Shown here in pieces: positions 1 through 10,146 of a stretch of DNA of 64,000 bases. Numbering within the stretch: position 1 is the first letter of the stretch; every line of letters begins with the position of its first letter. A program made the position numbers and the translations under genes. A model generated the notes under the pieces. The model was given only the letters and a program-made list of their open reading frames with translations, was not told the DNA's origin and did not search any database. Source of the DNA: Phage NC-B; the sequence record MK310183, one strand, 5' to 3'.

Positions 1-35
1 AGCCTTTCATCCCTTCTCAACATGAGTAAGAGAAA

Positions 36-160
36 TACGGGTAGGAAATCACTGGTTAGATATACATGGGTAGATAATCAATGTCTAATATTAATGGGTA
101 GGGTATTTATGGGTAGGCGTACCACTGAACGCAGGTAGGGCAGGGCTTAGGGCTTAAAGG
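36..160. repeat. cluster of short direct repeats, core GGGTAG(G), plus tandem GGGCTTA x2
   Basis: GGGTAG at 39-44, 68-73, 96-101, 111-116; AGGTAGGG 133-140; GGGCTTA at 143-149 and 150-156. Confidence 0.5.
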
Positions 161-310
161 CTGATTGATTTCCTAAAGGCAATTGCATTGGTAATAACCC
201 TTTTTTAAATGAGGACTCCCCCCCTTTTAGGAAACGCGCTCGGAGAGGCTAGGTCCATCCGGTCAAATTGAAATTTTAAACTGTTATATATAAGCATAAG
301 GAATAACTTA

Positions 311-475
311 ATGTGGAAATTGAAGATGATTATTCGTCAACTTAAATGTCAACATGAATACTACCCGATACGAATATCGAGAGGTGATGAACGGTTACAC
401 GCTTATTACAAGAGTACATGGAGATGCGCAGACTGTGGTAAGGTTAGGAATAGTAAATGGGTGGACAAGCCTTAA
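311..475 (+). CDS. hypothetical small Cys-rich protein (54 aa), not in ORF track
   Basis: ATG at 311 with AAGGA 9 nt upstream; open to TAA 473-475; KCQHE...CADCGK cysteine pattern. Confidence 0.25.
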   Translation: MWKLKMIIRQLKCQHEYYPIRISRGDERLHAYYKSTWRCADCGKVRNSKWVDKP

Positions 476-600
476 CATGATATGGCCTTAATGGGTATGC
501 CTTAATGTGGGGTAGCCTTTATGAAGTCCCCTTTACATCAGCGTACATGGGTTAGTACACGGGTGGGCCTTTAGATGAGTACGCCTTTATGGGTTGATCA
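455..600. repeat. degenerate tandem repeats, unit about 14-16 bp, core GCCTT(A/T)A followed by TGGGT-like
   Basis: GCCTT(A/T)A at 469, 485, 499, 515, 567, 583 with 14-16 bp spacing, interleaved with ATGGGT/GGGTAG-like cores. Confidence 0.5.
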
Positions 601-626
601 CTCTCGTTTATCAGAGGAGAACAAAT

Positions 627-887
627 ATGTTTCTAGACTTTTTATCAGAGGTACTTCCCTACTTCCGTACTGAGAAATGTGCATTTGTATTTGATGAAGG
701 GGAGGAGTCAATGACTTGTTTGGGTAGATTAGTAGACCTAGACGACGATGAAGATTTTGATGCTACGATGGACATTAGTTCATTGGGCTGGTTGTACATG
801 CGCTGCTTTGTAAGTTACAAGGCTGAAACGTTTAAAGATTATCGTTATGGTGATAACGTAAATACTGAAGGAGAGAATGATGAATAA
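627..887 (+). CDS. hypothetical acidic protein
   Basis: ORF 594..887 trimmed to internal ATG 627 with GAGGAGA SD 7 nt upstream. Confidence 0.5.
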   Translation: MFLDFLSEVLPYFRTEKCAFVFDEGEESMTCLGRLVDLDDDEDFDATMDISSLGWLYMRCFVSYKAETFKDYRYGDNVNTEGENDE

Positions 888-1536
888 CAATATGACAGGA
901 ACTAATACACTGAATGCAATCTATGAGAACATGGGATGTAAAGGCGAGGTTGTTTACAATGGTTCACTCCGTCCTTTATCAGAGGACACTTTTTATCTGA
1001 ATCGTGTTCATGAAACTACTGGAGGTAAATCCCAAGTTGAGATGGTAAAACAACTGGCTCATGGTTCTGTGTATGGTTATGCTCCTTCAACCCGTGAACT
1101 ATGGGAAGGTTTGATTCCTCGTACAGAAGCTAAAGATGTGAAAGACTATTTCACTGTAGCAAAAGAAGTTAAACGTAAGTGTCCATCCAATTTAGAAGTT
1201 GTTCCGTATGTAGCTGACAAACATGCACACCTACCGGATTATGCCCGTGAAATGATTGAGATGATTGAAGAAGCCGAGTATGAAGCTCTGAATAATTATT
1301 TAAATTCAAAAGATCAATGGTCACGTAATGTAGTAATTGATGAAGAAGGTAATGAAGTAGTTACGTGGGTACATGCTAGTGAACAAGCTCTGGACCCCGA
1401 GCTTGAAGAATACAAAAAATTTTTGGCGTCCTCTTCTTTTGATGTAGAGAATGACAAATCTGTTCCAGTTAGCTGGGAAGGTGAAACTGTAGCTCTCCAG
1501 ACTTTGTTCAACCTACACGTAGGTGATGTAGATTAA
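877..1536 (+). CDS. hypothetical protein (219 aa)
   Basis: ATGATG start after AGGAGAGA SD; followed by terminator hairpin. Confidence 0.6.
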   Translation: MMNNNMTGTNTLNAIYENMGCKGEVVYNGSLRPLSEDTFYLNRVHETTGGKSQVEMVKQLAHGSVYGYAPSTRELWEGLIPRTEAKDVKDYFTVAKEVKRKCPSNLEVVPYVADKHAHLPDYAREMIEMIEEAEYEALNNYLNSKDQWSRNVVIDEEGNEVVTWVHASEQALDPELEEYKKFLASSSFDVENDKSVPVSWEGETVALQTLFNLHVGDVD

Positions 1537-1545
1537 TAAAAGGTG

Positions 1546-1573
1546 TTGCCTCCTCTCGTGGGAGGCTTTTTGT
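1546..1573 (+). terminator. rho-independent terminator
   Basis: GCCTCC(1548-1553)-loop-GGAGGC(1561-1566) then TTTTTGTT. Confidence 0.65.
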
Positions 1574-1601
1574 TATAACGATAATGTAGAAGGAGTATAA
1601 G

Positions 1602-2069
1602 ATGTTTGGAGAAAAAGGAGAACTCACGCCTGCACAGGTAGCTGAGATTACAGGAAGACTGCCCGGAGTAACGGAAGAACTTGAATCCAAGGGCATGGAA
1701 CCAAGCACAGGGAAGTTCACTAAAGGTAATAAATTTGGACGTCCCAAAGGTAGTAGAGGTAAATTGACACAGCTCATGCTCGATCGTGTTGCTGCTAGTC
1801 ATCTGTCTCCTGATGAAGTGTTGATTCAGATTTATGAAGATCCAAATATTCCACCCGATCTTAGATTCAAGGCTGCAAGTAAAGTCGCTGATCTGGTATA
1901 TCCTAAGGCAGCTTCTGTTGAGGTTAAGATTGAGGAAGAGAATGTAATCAATGAAGAGTCACTGAACGCACAGATTCGAGACTTCTTGACTGGTGCACTG
2001 AAAGTGGATGTGCTACCTCCAGAGGACTCTGAGGACGCTGAAAAGGGGGAGGAAGCGGACGAGAGTTAA
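1602..2069 (+). CDS. putative terminase small subunit
   Basis: 155 aa ORF immediately upstream of large terminase; HTH-like segment LTPAQVAEITG; basic KGNKFGRPKGSRGK stretch. Confidence 0.45.
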   Translation: MFGEKGELTPAQVAEITGRLPGVTEELESKGMEPSTGKFTKGNKFGRPKGSRGKLTQLMLDRVAASHLSPDEVLIQIYEDPNIPPDLRFKAASKVADLVYPKAASVEVKIEEENVINEESLNAQIRDFLTGALKVDVLPPEDSEDAEKGEEADES

Positions 2070-2123
2070 TAGGAATAAAGGGGAGGGTTCTTTTCGCGAG
2101 GGATCTCTCCCTTTCTTATTTTA

Positions 2124-3677
2124 TTGGAGGAATATATGTCGTTAGATAAAGAAATCTATGAAGCTCTAACTGGAGACAAGTTGAGTATAGAGGAAAAGAA
2201 AGCTTTGCTCAATATGTTAAAAGAAAGGGACCAGTGGAGAAAATATAACAAGATGTTGGCTTTTAAAGCTTACGACTTTCAGAAGAAATTCTATGCAGCA
2301 GGGTTGAAGCATCGCTTTCGATTCCTGTGCGCAGCTAACCGTGTTGGTAAATCTTACAGCGAGGCATATGAGTTTGCTTGTCATGTCACAGGTCGCTATC
2401 CAACTTGGTGGACAGGTTACAGATTTAATCGACCCATATTGGCTTGGGCAGTAGGGATTACAGGGGACTCTACAAGAAAGGTATTGCAAAAGGAGTTGTT
2501 TGGAACACCTATCGGAAAGGATATGAATCTAATAGGAACAGGTGTTATTCCTCGTGATGCTATCGTATTGGACACGATAGAACGAGATGGGAATAAATTA
2601 CAGATTGTACAAATTAAGCATCAAAACGCGAGAGGCGAGTTTGACGGTTTAAGTACATTAGAGTTCCGTTCTACCCAACAGGGTGAACATACATTGATGG
2701 GTGCTACAGTTGATTATATTTGGCTGGACGAAGAAGATCCATATGAATCTATGGCAATCTTCTCTCAGTGCGTAACACGTACACTTACAACTAAAGGTTT
2801 AGTTACAATTACAGCTACACCAGAGAACGGTTTAACAGAGCTGGTGGATAAGTTTATGAAAGGTGAAGGAGATGAGAACACAGGTTCTCTGTATTTCCAG
2901 AATGCTTCTTGGTGGGATGCTCATGTAGATTTAGGTGGACATATCACTGACCAAGATATTAAAGACATGACTGAAGGTATTCCAACATGGCAGTTAGAGA
3001 TGCGTTCAAAAGGTATGCCGTTGCTTGGTTCTGGTTTGATTTATGACGTATCAGATGACATGATTAAGTGTGATCCCTTTGAGATACCTGATACGTGGAA
3101 ACGTGTTTGTGCTATTGATATTGGTATCGATCACCCGACAGCCGCTGTTTGGACAGCATATGATGCTAACACTGATACGATTTATGTTTATGACTGCTAT
3201 AAAGAAGGTGGGTTTACTCCGGTGTACCATGCACCAGCTATTAATGGTCGTGGTCAGTGGATTCCAGTTATTCTTCCTCACGATGCCGATAATATTGAGA
3301 AGGGAAGTGGTTCGTCTGTTGCTCAATTCTATAAGAATGCAGGAGTTAATGTACAGAGTGAGACCTTCTACAACAAGATTGGAATGGATGGTAAGAAGAA
3401 CTTCTTTGTAGAGCCGGGAATTACTGATATTCGTGAACGTATGATGTCGGGTCGTTTTAAAATCTTTAACATTGCATCTTGTGCTAAACTCTTTGAAGAG
3501 AAAGCTCGCTATCACCGTAAGGTTGGCAAGATTGTTAAGGAACATGATGACTTGATGGATGCTATGCGATATTCAGCTTGTTCTGTAACACATCGTGGAC
3601 GTAGTAAGCATGATGCTAGTTATGGTAGTTCATCGCTTTATCAAGACAATATTAACAGATGGAATCAGACCTACTAA
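2124..3677 (+). CDS. terminase large subunit
   Basis: Walker A-like CAANRVGKS, Walker B-like DYIWLDEED, C-terminal nuclease-like region; 517 aa. Confidence 0.9.
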   Translation: MEEYMSLDKEIYEALTGDKLSIEEKKALLNMLKERDQWRKYNKMLAFKAYDFQKKFYAAGLKHRFRFLCAANRVGKSYSEAYEFACHVTGRYPTWWTGYRFNRPILAWAVGITGDSTRKVLQKELFGTPIGKDMNLIGTGVIPRDAIVLDTIERDGNKLQIVQIKHQNARGEFDGLSTLEFRSTQQGEHTLMGATVDYIWLDEEDPYESMAIFSQCVTRTLTTKGLVTITATPENGLTELVDKFMKGEGDENTGSLYFQNASWWDAHVDLGGHITDQDIKDMTEGIPTWQLEMRSKGMPLLGSGLIYDVSDDMIKCDPFEIPDTWKRVCAIDIGIDHPTAAVWTAYDANTDTIYVYDCYKEGGFTPVYHAPAINGRGQWIPVILPHDADNIEKGSGSSVAQFYKNAGVNVQSETFYNKIGMDGKKNFFVEPGITDIRERMMSGRFKIFNIASCAKLFEEKARYHRKVGKIVKEHDDLMDAMRYSACSVTHRGRSKHDASYGSSSLYQDNINRWNQTY

Positions 3678-3682
3678 AAATA

Positions 3683-3706
3683 GGGGAGGCTTTGTCCTCC
3701 CTTTAG
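3683..3706 (+). terminator. weak hairpin, possible attenuator after terminase
   Basis: GGGAGG-CTTTGT-CCTCCC then TTT only. Confidence 0.3.
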
Positions 3707-3742
3707 TAGTTCCTTCCAAGCTATCACCGAGGGAGAGATTAG

Positions 3743-5986
3743 ATGGCTAAGAAGAAATTTAGTGAAGATGTTTTGGATGAATTACGCGTTGACCTTCAAC
3801 GTCGATTCAATTATGCTCAAGGTTATGTAGACTTAGCTGTAAAAGGCTATGCTCGTGAGGCTTGGGAATACTTCTATGGGAACCTTCCTGCTCCAGTTAC
3901 TGCTGGTAGCTCTAGTTGGGTAGACCGTACGGTATGGGAATCAGTGAATGGTACGCTCCAAGATATCATTAATGTGTTCTGTTCTGGTGACGAAGCGGTA
4001 ACTTTCGTAGCCGATAACCAAGAAGATAGTGATGCTGCTGACGTAGCCACTAAACTTGTCAACCAAATTTTGTTACGTGATAATCCGGGATACAATATTA
4101 TCTCTTCAGCGGCACAAGAGTGTCTGGTTACACGTAACTCTTTTATTAAATATTATTGGGATGAACAGACTTCTACTCAAACAGAAGAAGCAGAGGGCGT
4201 TCCTCCGGAAGCTTTGGCTGCATATGTCCAAGGTTTAGAAGCTGGTGGGCTTCAAGATTTAGAAATCTTTACCACTGACAACGAAGATGGTACAGTGGAT
4301 GTTAAAGTAACTTACAAACAAACAGTAAAACGCGTTAAAGTAGAATATGTTCCTTCAGAACAGATTTTTGTTGACGAACATGCTACCTCTTTTGCAGATG
4401 CTCAGTATTTCTGTCATCGCACACGTAAATCTAAAGAAGATCTGGTTGCTATGGGCTTCCCTAAAGACGAAATTGAAGCTTTTAATGACTGGACTGATAC
4501 AATGGACACCACTCAATCTACTGTTGCATGGTCACGTACTGACTGGAGACAGGATACAGATGCTGATATTGGTGTTGACACTGAAGATATCGCAAGTATG
4601 GTATGGGTTTACGAGCATTACATTCGTACTGGTACGCTCGATAAGAACAAAGAATCAAAACTCTACCAAGTTATTCAAGCAGGTGAGCATATTCTCTCTT
4701 GTGAAGAAGTAACTAGCATTCCTTTTGTAACATTCTGCCCCTATCCTATTCCGGGTTCATTCTATGGACAATCTGTTTATGATATCACCAAAGATATTCA
4801 GGATTTGCGTACCGCTTTGGTTCGTGGTTATATCGATAACGTAAACAATGCTAACTATGGTCGTTATAAGGCTCTTGTAGGTGCTTATGACCGTCGTTCT
4901 CTACTGGATAACCGTCCGGGTGGTGTAGTAGAAATGGAGCGTCAGGATGCGATTGATCTCTTTCCTTACCACAATCTACCTCAGGGTATTGATGGCTTAC
5001 TAGGAATGTCAGATGAGTTGAAAGAGACTCGTACTGGTGTTACTAAGCTTGGTATGGGCATTAACCCTGATGTGTTTAAGAATGATAACGCATATGCAAC
5101 TGTTGGATTGATGATGAATGCTGCTCAGAACCGTCTCCGTATGGTCTGTCGTAACATTGCTCACAACGGTATGGTTGAATTGATGCGTGGTATTTATAAT
5201 TTAGTCCGAGAAAATGGTGAGGTTCCTTTACAAGTACAAACCCCTCGTGGTATGGTTCAGGTTCATCCTAAACAACTGCCTGCTCGTCACAATCTACAAG
5301 TTGTTGTAGCTATCTCTCCTAGCGAGAAATCAGAACGTGCCCAGAAACTAATCAGCCTGAAGCAATTGATTGCTGCTGATGCTCAGTTAGCACCTCTGTT
5401 TACTCTGGAGCAAGATCGTTACATGACTGCACAGATCTTCGAGTTGATGGGAATTAAAGATACTCACAAATACTTAATGCCTCTGGAACAATATCAACCG
5501 CCAGAACCTTCTCCGATGGAAATCCTCCAGCTTGAGATGACTAAAGCACAGGTTGAGAACGTACAGGCTTCTTCTCAGAAGATGATTGCTGATGCATTCG
5601 ACCAGCGTGAACGCACTACGTTTGAACAGCAGAAAGCTGCGGACGAGTTCAGCTTACGTCAAGAAGAACTGCAATTTAAGCAAGAGAATGCTGCTGATCA
5701 GATGACTTTGGAGAATCGTAAAGAAGACAACAGTGCTACACTTGAACAAGCTAAGCATAAGTTGGCTCTGCTCCAGCAACAGGTCCGTCAGTATGAATCT
5801 GTACTTAAAGAATTGCAGATGACTCTTAATCACCAGGTCGATGTTGAGAAAGTTGCAAATCAGGCTAAGATTCAAGATAAGACTTTGGAACTCCAAAAGA
5901 AAGAAGCAAATGAAACTAAGAAAGAACAGCAGAGTTCAATCAAAGATTCACGGATTCCTAACCGTCGTCTTGGTAGTAGAAAATAA
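3743..5986 (+). CDS. portal protein
   Basis: 747 aa gene directly after terminase; charged coiled-coil C-terminal tail; synteny. Confidence 0.75.
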   Translation: MAKKKFSEDVLDELRVDLQRRFNYAQGYVDLAVKGYAREAWEYFYGNLPAPVTAGSSSWVDRTVWESVNGTLQDIINVFCSGDEAVTFVADNQEDSDAADVATKLVNQILLRDNPGYNIISSAAQECLVTRNSFIKYYWDEQTSTQTEEAEGVPPEALAAYVQGLEAGGLQDLEIFTTDNEDGTVDVKVTYKQTVKRVKVEYVPSEQIFVDEHATSFADAQYFCHRTRKSKEDLVAMGFPKDEIEAFNDWTDTMDTTQSTVAWSRTDWRQDTDADIGVDTEDIASMVWVYEHYIRTGTLDKNKESKLYQVIQAGEHILSCEEVTSIPFVTFCPYPIPGSFYGQSVYDITKDIQDLRTALVRGYIDNVNNANYGRYKALVGAYDRRSLLDNRPGGVVEMERQDAIDLFPYHNLPQGIDGLLGMSDELKETRTGVTKLGMGINPDVFKNDNAYATVGLMMNAAQNRLRMVCRNIAHNGMVELMRGIYNLVRENGEVPLQVQTPRGMVQVHPKQLPARHNLQVVVAISPSEKSERAQKLISLKQLIAADAQLAPLFTLEQDRYMTAQIFELMGIKDTHKYLMPLEQYQPPEPSPMEILQLEMTKAQVENVQASSQKMIADAFDQRERTTFEQQKAADEFSLRQEELQFKQENAADQMTLENRKEDNSATLEQAKHKLALLQQQVRQYESVLKELQMTLNHQVDVEKVANQAKIQDKTLELQKKEANETKKEQQSSIKDSRIPNRRLGSRK

Positions 5987-5995
5987 GGATACTGA

Positions 5996-6232
5996 ATGAA
6001 TACAAGACAGCAATTCAATAAAGAGCACGCCGCCGCTTTGGCGGCTCTCAATCACAACGGCATTCTTGACGCAGCATTAGAGGCATTAAAAGAAACCCTC
6101 ATGAGAGATATCGTATTAACCGAGGCTCATGAGAATAAGAAACGCGAAGAGTGTTATCAAAAGTATAAAATGGTTGGTAGCTTAAAAGAGGTCATAAAAG
6201 CTGCTATCAATAATGCAGGAGATATTTCCTAA
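5996..6232 (+). CDS. hypothetical protein
   Basis: 78 aa ORF between portal and scaffold; stop overlaps next start. Confidence 0.45.
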   Translation: MNTRQQFNKEHAAALAALNHNGILDAALEALKETLMRDIVLTEAHENKKREECYQKYKMVGSLKEVIKAAINNAGDIS

Positions 6233-7314
6233 TGGCAAATGATTATATTGACCCGAACGATTTTAAATCTTTCCTCCAACTAGACGACTTAAAAGGCTCC
6301 TTCAAAGAAGAGCTTAGTCAATTAGAATCAGAACGTGAACCAGAAGTGAACATTGATGATGAATTCCCAGAACAGTCTGAGACTTTTGATCTTGATGCTT
6401 CCGACCTTCTCGGTGATGACGATACGTTAGCGTTCGAAGATGAAGATGGTTGGGAAGATCGTGAAGAGGAAGGCGAAGAAGAAGAGGAAGAGTCGGAGTT
6501 CTCTGATGAAGACGATGAAGAAGATGATTCCGGTGAAGCAGATCACGATGAAGCTGCTAACAGTGATGAAGATGGCGAAGAAGGTGAAGTCTTTGACGTA
6601 GATTATGAAACTGTTATCACCCTTCCTGATGGTCGTGAGATGACTATTGAAGAGTTGTCTAATGGCTATTTGACTGGTGCAGAAATGTCCGAACGTGAGA
6701 CTACTTTGCAGCGTCATGTTGAAGCTTTTGAAGAACGTGTTGCTGGCTTGGGGGATGTATTAGAACTAGCTGCCCTAGAAGCAGACCGAGTAATTGAAGA
6801 TTACAACGGTTTTGATTGGGACAAACTCGCACAAGAAGATCCTCAAGCTTATGTAGAAAATAAACGTTTCTTAGAAAAATATACAGCTCGTCGCCAACAG
6901 CTTGAACAAGCTCAGCTTAAAATCAAGCAAGAAGCACTAGCAAAAGAACAACAGCTCTTCCAAGCTAAATGTACTGAGTGTGTAAGCGTACTTAAACGTG
7001 AGATTCCTAATTGGGATGACAACTTGTATCAGAACCTGATGCAGTATGCAATCGACTTAGGTGCTACAGAAGAAGAAGTGCTGAAAGAGAACCGTCCGTC
7101 AATCTTCCTAGCTCTACACAAAGCATACCAGTTTGATAAAGGTAAGCAGCAGGTGATGGCTAAGATTAAACGTCCCGGCTCTCCACGCAAGGTTGTGAAG
7201 TCCGATGCTTCTAAGTCTCGTTCTTCCAATACGCCAGACAACGCTAAGGTTGCCAAGGCATTCTCAGAGGGTCGTATTCGTCACGAAGACGCATTTAAGT
7301 ATCTCGTAGATTAA
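6232..7314 (+). CDS. scaffolding protein
   Basis: extremely acidic N-terminal half (D/E runs), helical coiled-coil C-terminal half, sits between portal and capsid. Confidence 0.7.
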   Translation: MANDYIDPNDFKSFLQLDDLKGSFKEELSQLESEREPEVNIDDEFPEQSETFDLDASDLLGDDDTLAFEDEDGWEDREEEGEEEEEESEFSDEDDEEDDSGEADHDEAANSDEDGEEGEVFDVDYETVITLPDGREMTIEELSNGYLTGAEMSERETTLQRHVEAFEERVAGLGDVLELAALEADRVIEDYNGFDWDKLAQEDPQAYVENKRFLEKYTARRQQLEQAQLKIKQEALAKEQQLFQAKCTECVSVLKREIPNWDDNLYQNLMQYAIDLGATEEEVLKENRPSIFLALHKAYQFDKGKQQVMAKIKRPGSPRKVVKSDASKSRSSNTPDNAKVAKAFSEGRIRHEDAFKYLVD

Positions 7315-7354
7315 TCGACAAATTTATTTTTAATAGTATAGGAGCTAATATAAC

Positions 7355-8413
7355 ATGGCAAATCCAACTTTATTTGTATCTTACGACCAGAATGGTAAAA
7401 AACTTTCTTTTGCTAACTGGATTTCTGTCCTGTCTCCGCAAGACACTCCGTTTGTGTCTATGACTGGTAAAGAGTCTATCAATCAGACTATTTTCAGCTG
7501 GCAGACCGATGCTCTGGCGAGCGTAGATGCTAACAACGCCCACGTCGAAGGTTCTCGTGCTGAAGACGGCGAAATGAAACCGACTGTAATCAAGTCCAAC
7601 GTTACCCAAATTCTGCGTAAAGTTGTTCGTGTTTCTGATACTGCTAACACCACCGCTAACTACGGTCGTGGTCGTGAACTTATGTATCAGCTGGAGAAGA
7701 AAGGTAAAGAGATTAAACGTGACCTCGAGAAAATCTTGCTGTCCGGTCAGGCTCGTACCGATATTCTGGCAGACCAGTATCTGACCAACTCTGCAACTGA
7801 TCCTGCTGTTGTAGGTCAGAATGATACCTCAGCTGCTCGTAAGACTGGTGCTTTCCAGTTCCTGTGTGCACACAACGGTGTTGCTGGTGGTGTTGTTAAG
7901 AAAGAAGATGGTCCTGCTGACCCGGATACTGGTGCAGTAACTGTTAAAGTTGCACAGAATGCTTCTAACCCGACTACGAACATCGGTTTTGATGAAGCTG
8001 ATATCTTTGATATGACTCTGCAACTGTATACCGCCGGTTCTGAAGCAGACATCATCATGATTAACCCTGCTCACGCTAGTATCTTTGCTAAGCTTCAGGA
8101 AAACTCTGTTGGTTCTCGTCAGCGTATCTTTGAGAACACCAAACAGTTCATCTATGAAGTTAACAGCATCACTGACCCACTGGGCCAGAGCTATAAAATC
8201 ATCGTTAACCGTTGGATGCCTGCTGATGCAGTTTACTTCTTCCGCAGCTCTGACTGGACTCAGATGGTTCTTCGTGCTCCGAAACGTACTGAACTGGCGA
8301 AAGATGGTTCTTACGAGAAATGGATGATCGAAATGGAAGTTGGTCTGCGTCACCGCAACCCATATGCTTCCGGTGTACTGTTCACTGCTGCGGGAAAGGT
8401 GGAAGCGGCGTAA
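7355..8413 (+). CDS. major capsid protein (short form)
   Basis: 352 aa ORF after scaffold, strong AGGAG SD, stop TAA 8411-8413. Confidence 0.85.
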   Translation: MANPTLFVSYDQNGKKLSFANWISVLSPQDTPFVSMTGKESINQTIFSWQTDALASVDANNAHVEGSRAEDGEMKPTVIKSNVTQILRKVVRVSDTANTTANYGRGRELMYQLEKKGKEIKRDLEKILLSGQARTDILADQYLTNSATDPAVVGQNDTSAARKTGAFQFLCAHNGVAGGVVKKEDGPADPDTGAVTVKVAQNASNPTTNIGFDEADIFDMTLQLYTAGSEADIIMINPAHASIFAKLQENSVGSRQRIFENTKQFIYEVNSITDPLGQSYKIIVNRWMPADAVYFFRSSDWTQMVLRAPKRTELAKDGSYEKWMIEMEVGLRHRNPYASGVLFTAAGKVEAA

Positions 8414-9192
8414 CAGTAGATTCCGTAACTGTTAGTCCTTCGTCGGTTGCAAGCCTTCCGACGGGGGCTACTCAGCAGTTTACAGCTACAGCAGAAATGA
8501 GCGACGGCTCCACAAGCACAACCGGATTTAATTGGTCCGTTGAGGGCGGTGGGGCTGTTTCTGTTTCTGGGCTATATACTGCACCGAGTACGTCGCAAGA
8601 AACCCCAGCAACTATTACGGCTATTAAAGGTGGTAAGTCAGGTACTGCTACAGTTCTATCTGTTTTTGAACCTGCTACTATTGAAGCCAAAGCTAACATC
8701 TCGGGTAAAGTAGGTGGAAGCACCACAGCTTTTACTACAATGTTTACAGCAACTAACTCTTCAGCAGAAGATTATTCTTTTGTTGTATCTCCGACGTCAG
8801 CAGGAACCGTTAGTGCCGCAGGAGTTTTAACTTTAAGTAATGATGCAACTGGCACAGTTACTGTTAAAGCAACTCATAAAACTCAGTCAGGTGTTGAAGC
8901 TACTATAACCTTTACAGGTGTTGTTGCTAAAGCAGCTATTACTGGAAAAACCGTCACTGGTAAGGTTGGTGGTGATACTATTACGTTTGCTGAGTTATTT
9001 ACAGCAACTAACTCTTCAGCAGAAGATTACAACTTCGTATCAAGTCCTCCTGAAATGACTTCATCTATCGATGAGAGCACTGGTCTTGTTACCTTGGCTG
9101 CTGGCGCTACAGGTGATATCACAATTACTGCTACTCACAAAACACAAACGTCTGTGACAGCAACTGCTACGATTACGGTGGTATCAGAGTAA
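7355..9192 (+). CDS. major capsid protein long form (capsid fused to three Ig-like Big_2-type domains via -1 frameshift at 8392-8398)
   Basis: -1 frame ORF 8320..9192 has no independent SD; contains tandem repeats ...FTATNSSAEDY...TVKATHKTQ... Confidence 0.55.
8392..8398 (+). other. -1 programmed ribosomal frameshift slippery heptamer G_GGA_AAG
   Basis: X_XXY_YYZ heptamer 5 codons before the capsid stop; the -1 frame is open from here to 9192 and encodes Ig-like domains. Confidence 0.6.
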
Positions 9193-9295
9193 CTGTTATT
9201 CTACTAGCACTTATTATCAGTGCAGGTGTGAAAATTACATTTAGAAAGAGTTCTGGTGTTTTCTGTAATCACTGTTAAATCTAGTACATAAGAAT

Positions 9296-9326
9296 AAAGC
9301 CGCCTTCGGGCGGCTTTTCTCATTTT
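9296..9326 (+). terminator. rho-independent terminator
   Basis: GCCGCC-TTCG-GGCGGC then TTTTCTCATTTT. Confidence 0.8.
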
Positions 9327-9390
9327 AAGACCCTTATAAGGAGATATGTAATGTATTCTCTTTGTCTATACACAACTAGGAGGACAAGTT

Positions 9391-10137
9391 ATGGCAATGC
9401 CTGACGTTCAATATCCCATCAATACCTACGGATGGCTTAAGAAAGCTGTGTCCCTCTGGGCTGACAGGGATGATGATGAATTTGTTAATCAGATTCCAAA
9501 CTTTATTAATTTTGCAGAGAAAGAAATCTATCGTAACTTACGAATTCCTCCTCTGGAAAAAGAAGTATACTTAGATATTAAAGATGGTGTGGCTTTTATT
9601 CCACCAGACTATTTAGAAGCTCAGTGGATGATGAGAGCAAGTAATGGACATATGTTCCGAGTAACTTCTCCAGAAGAATTAGATTGGTTGAAAAGAAATA
9701 ACTCAGTAAACCCAACTAACTGGAATCAGGGAGAAGTAAATTTTACTAGGTTGGGAAGTCGGTTCCTGTTCTACCCAGCTATCAACGCTGATACTCCAGT
9801 CTATCCTGATGATGGAAGTCCAATTATTCCGGCAGAAAACTCTGTTATCCTAAGCTATTATGCTGACCCTCCGGAATTTCATGAGGATTCTGATACAAGT
9901 GCAATTTTAACAATAGCTCCAGAGCTTCTTTTGTACTTTACTCTGCGTCATGCAAGCTTGTTTGTCCAAGATGATAATGGGGTTCAGAAATGGTCTGCTT
10001 TAGGGAAAGCTATTCTAGATGAGGTAGTTGAACAGAGTAAGAAAGCTGAATACTCAGGCTCTCCTCTAGTTATTCCTAGAACTATTGACCGTCTTCACAG
10101 CTCTCGTGAGTTGTATGGAATCAAACACTACAGTTAA
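9391..10137 (+). CDS. virion structural protein (possible head-tail adaptor)
   Basis: 248 aa ORF with AGGAGGA SD, first gene after capsid terminator. Confidence 0.45.
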   Translation: MAMPDVQYPINTYGWLKKAVSLWADRDDDEFVNQIPNFINFAEKEIYRNLRIPPLEKEVYLDIKDGVAFIPPDYLEAQWMMRASNGHMFRVTSPEELDWLKRNNSVNPTNWNQGEVNFTRLGSRFLFYPAINADTPVYPDDGSPIIPAENSVILSYYADPPEFHEDSDTSAILTIAPELLLYFTLRHASLFVQDDNGVQKWSALGKAILDEVVEQSKKAEYSGSPLVIPRTIDRLHSSRELYGIKHYS

Positions 10138-10146
10138 GGAGAGATT

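Noticed and set aside
1-600. CRISPR array at the left-end repeats
   Set aside because: Repeat units are 6-16 bp and degenerate, with no uniform spacers; this is not CRISPR architecture
3051-3545. ORFs nested in or antisense to large forward genes (3051..3545, 3070..3411, 16363..16629, 25654..26096, 28807..29004)
   Set aside because: They fall inside well-supported terminase, tail and virion genes and have odd composition
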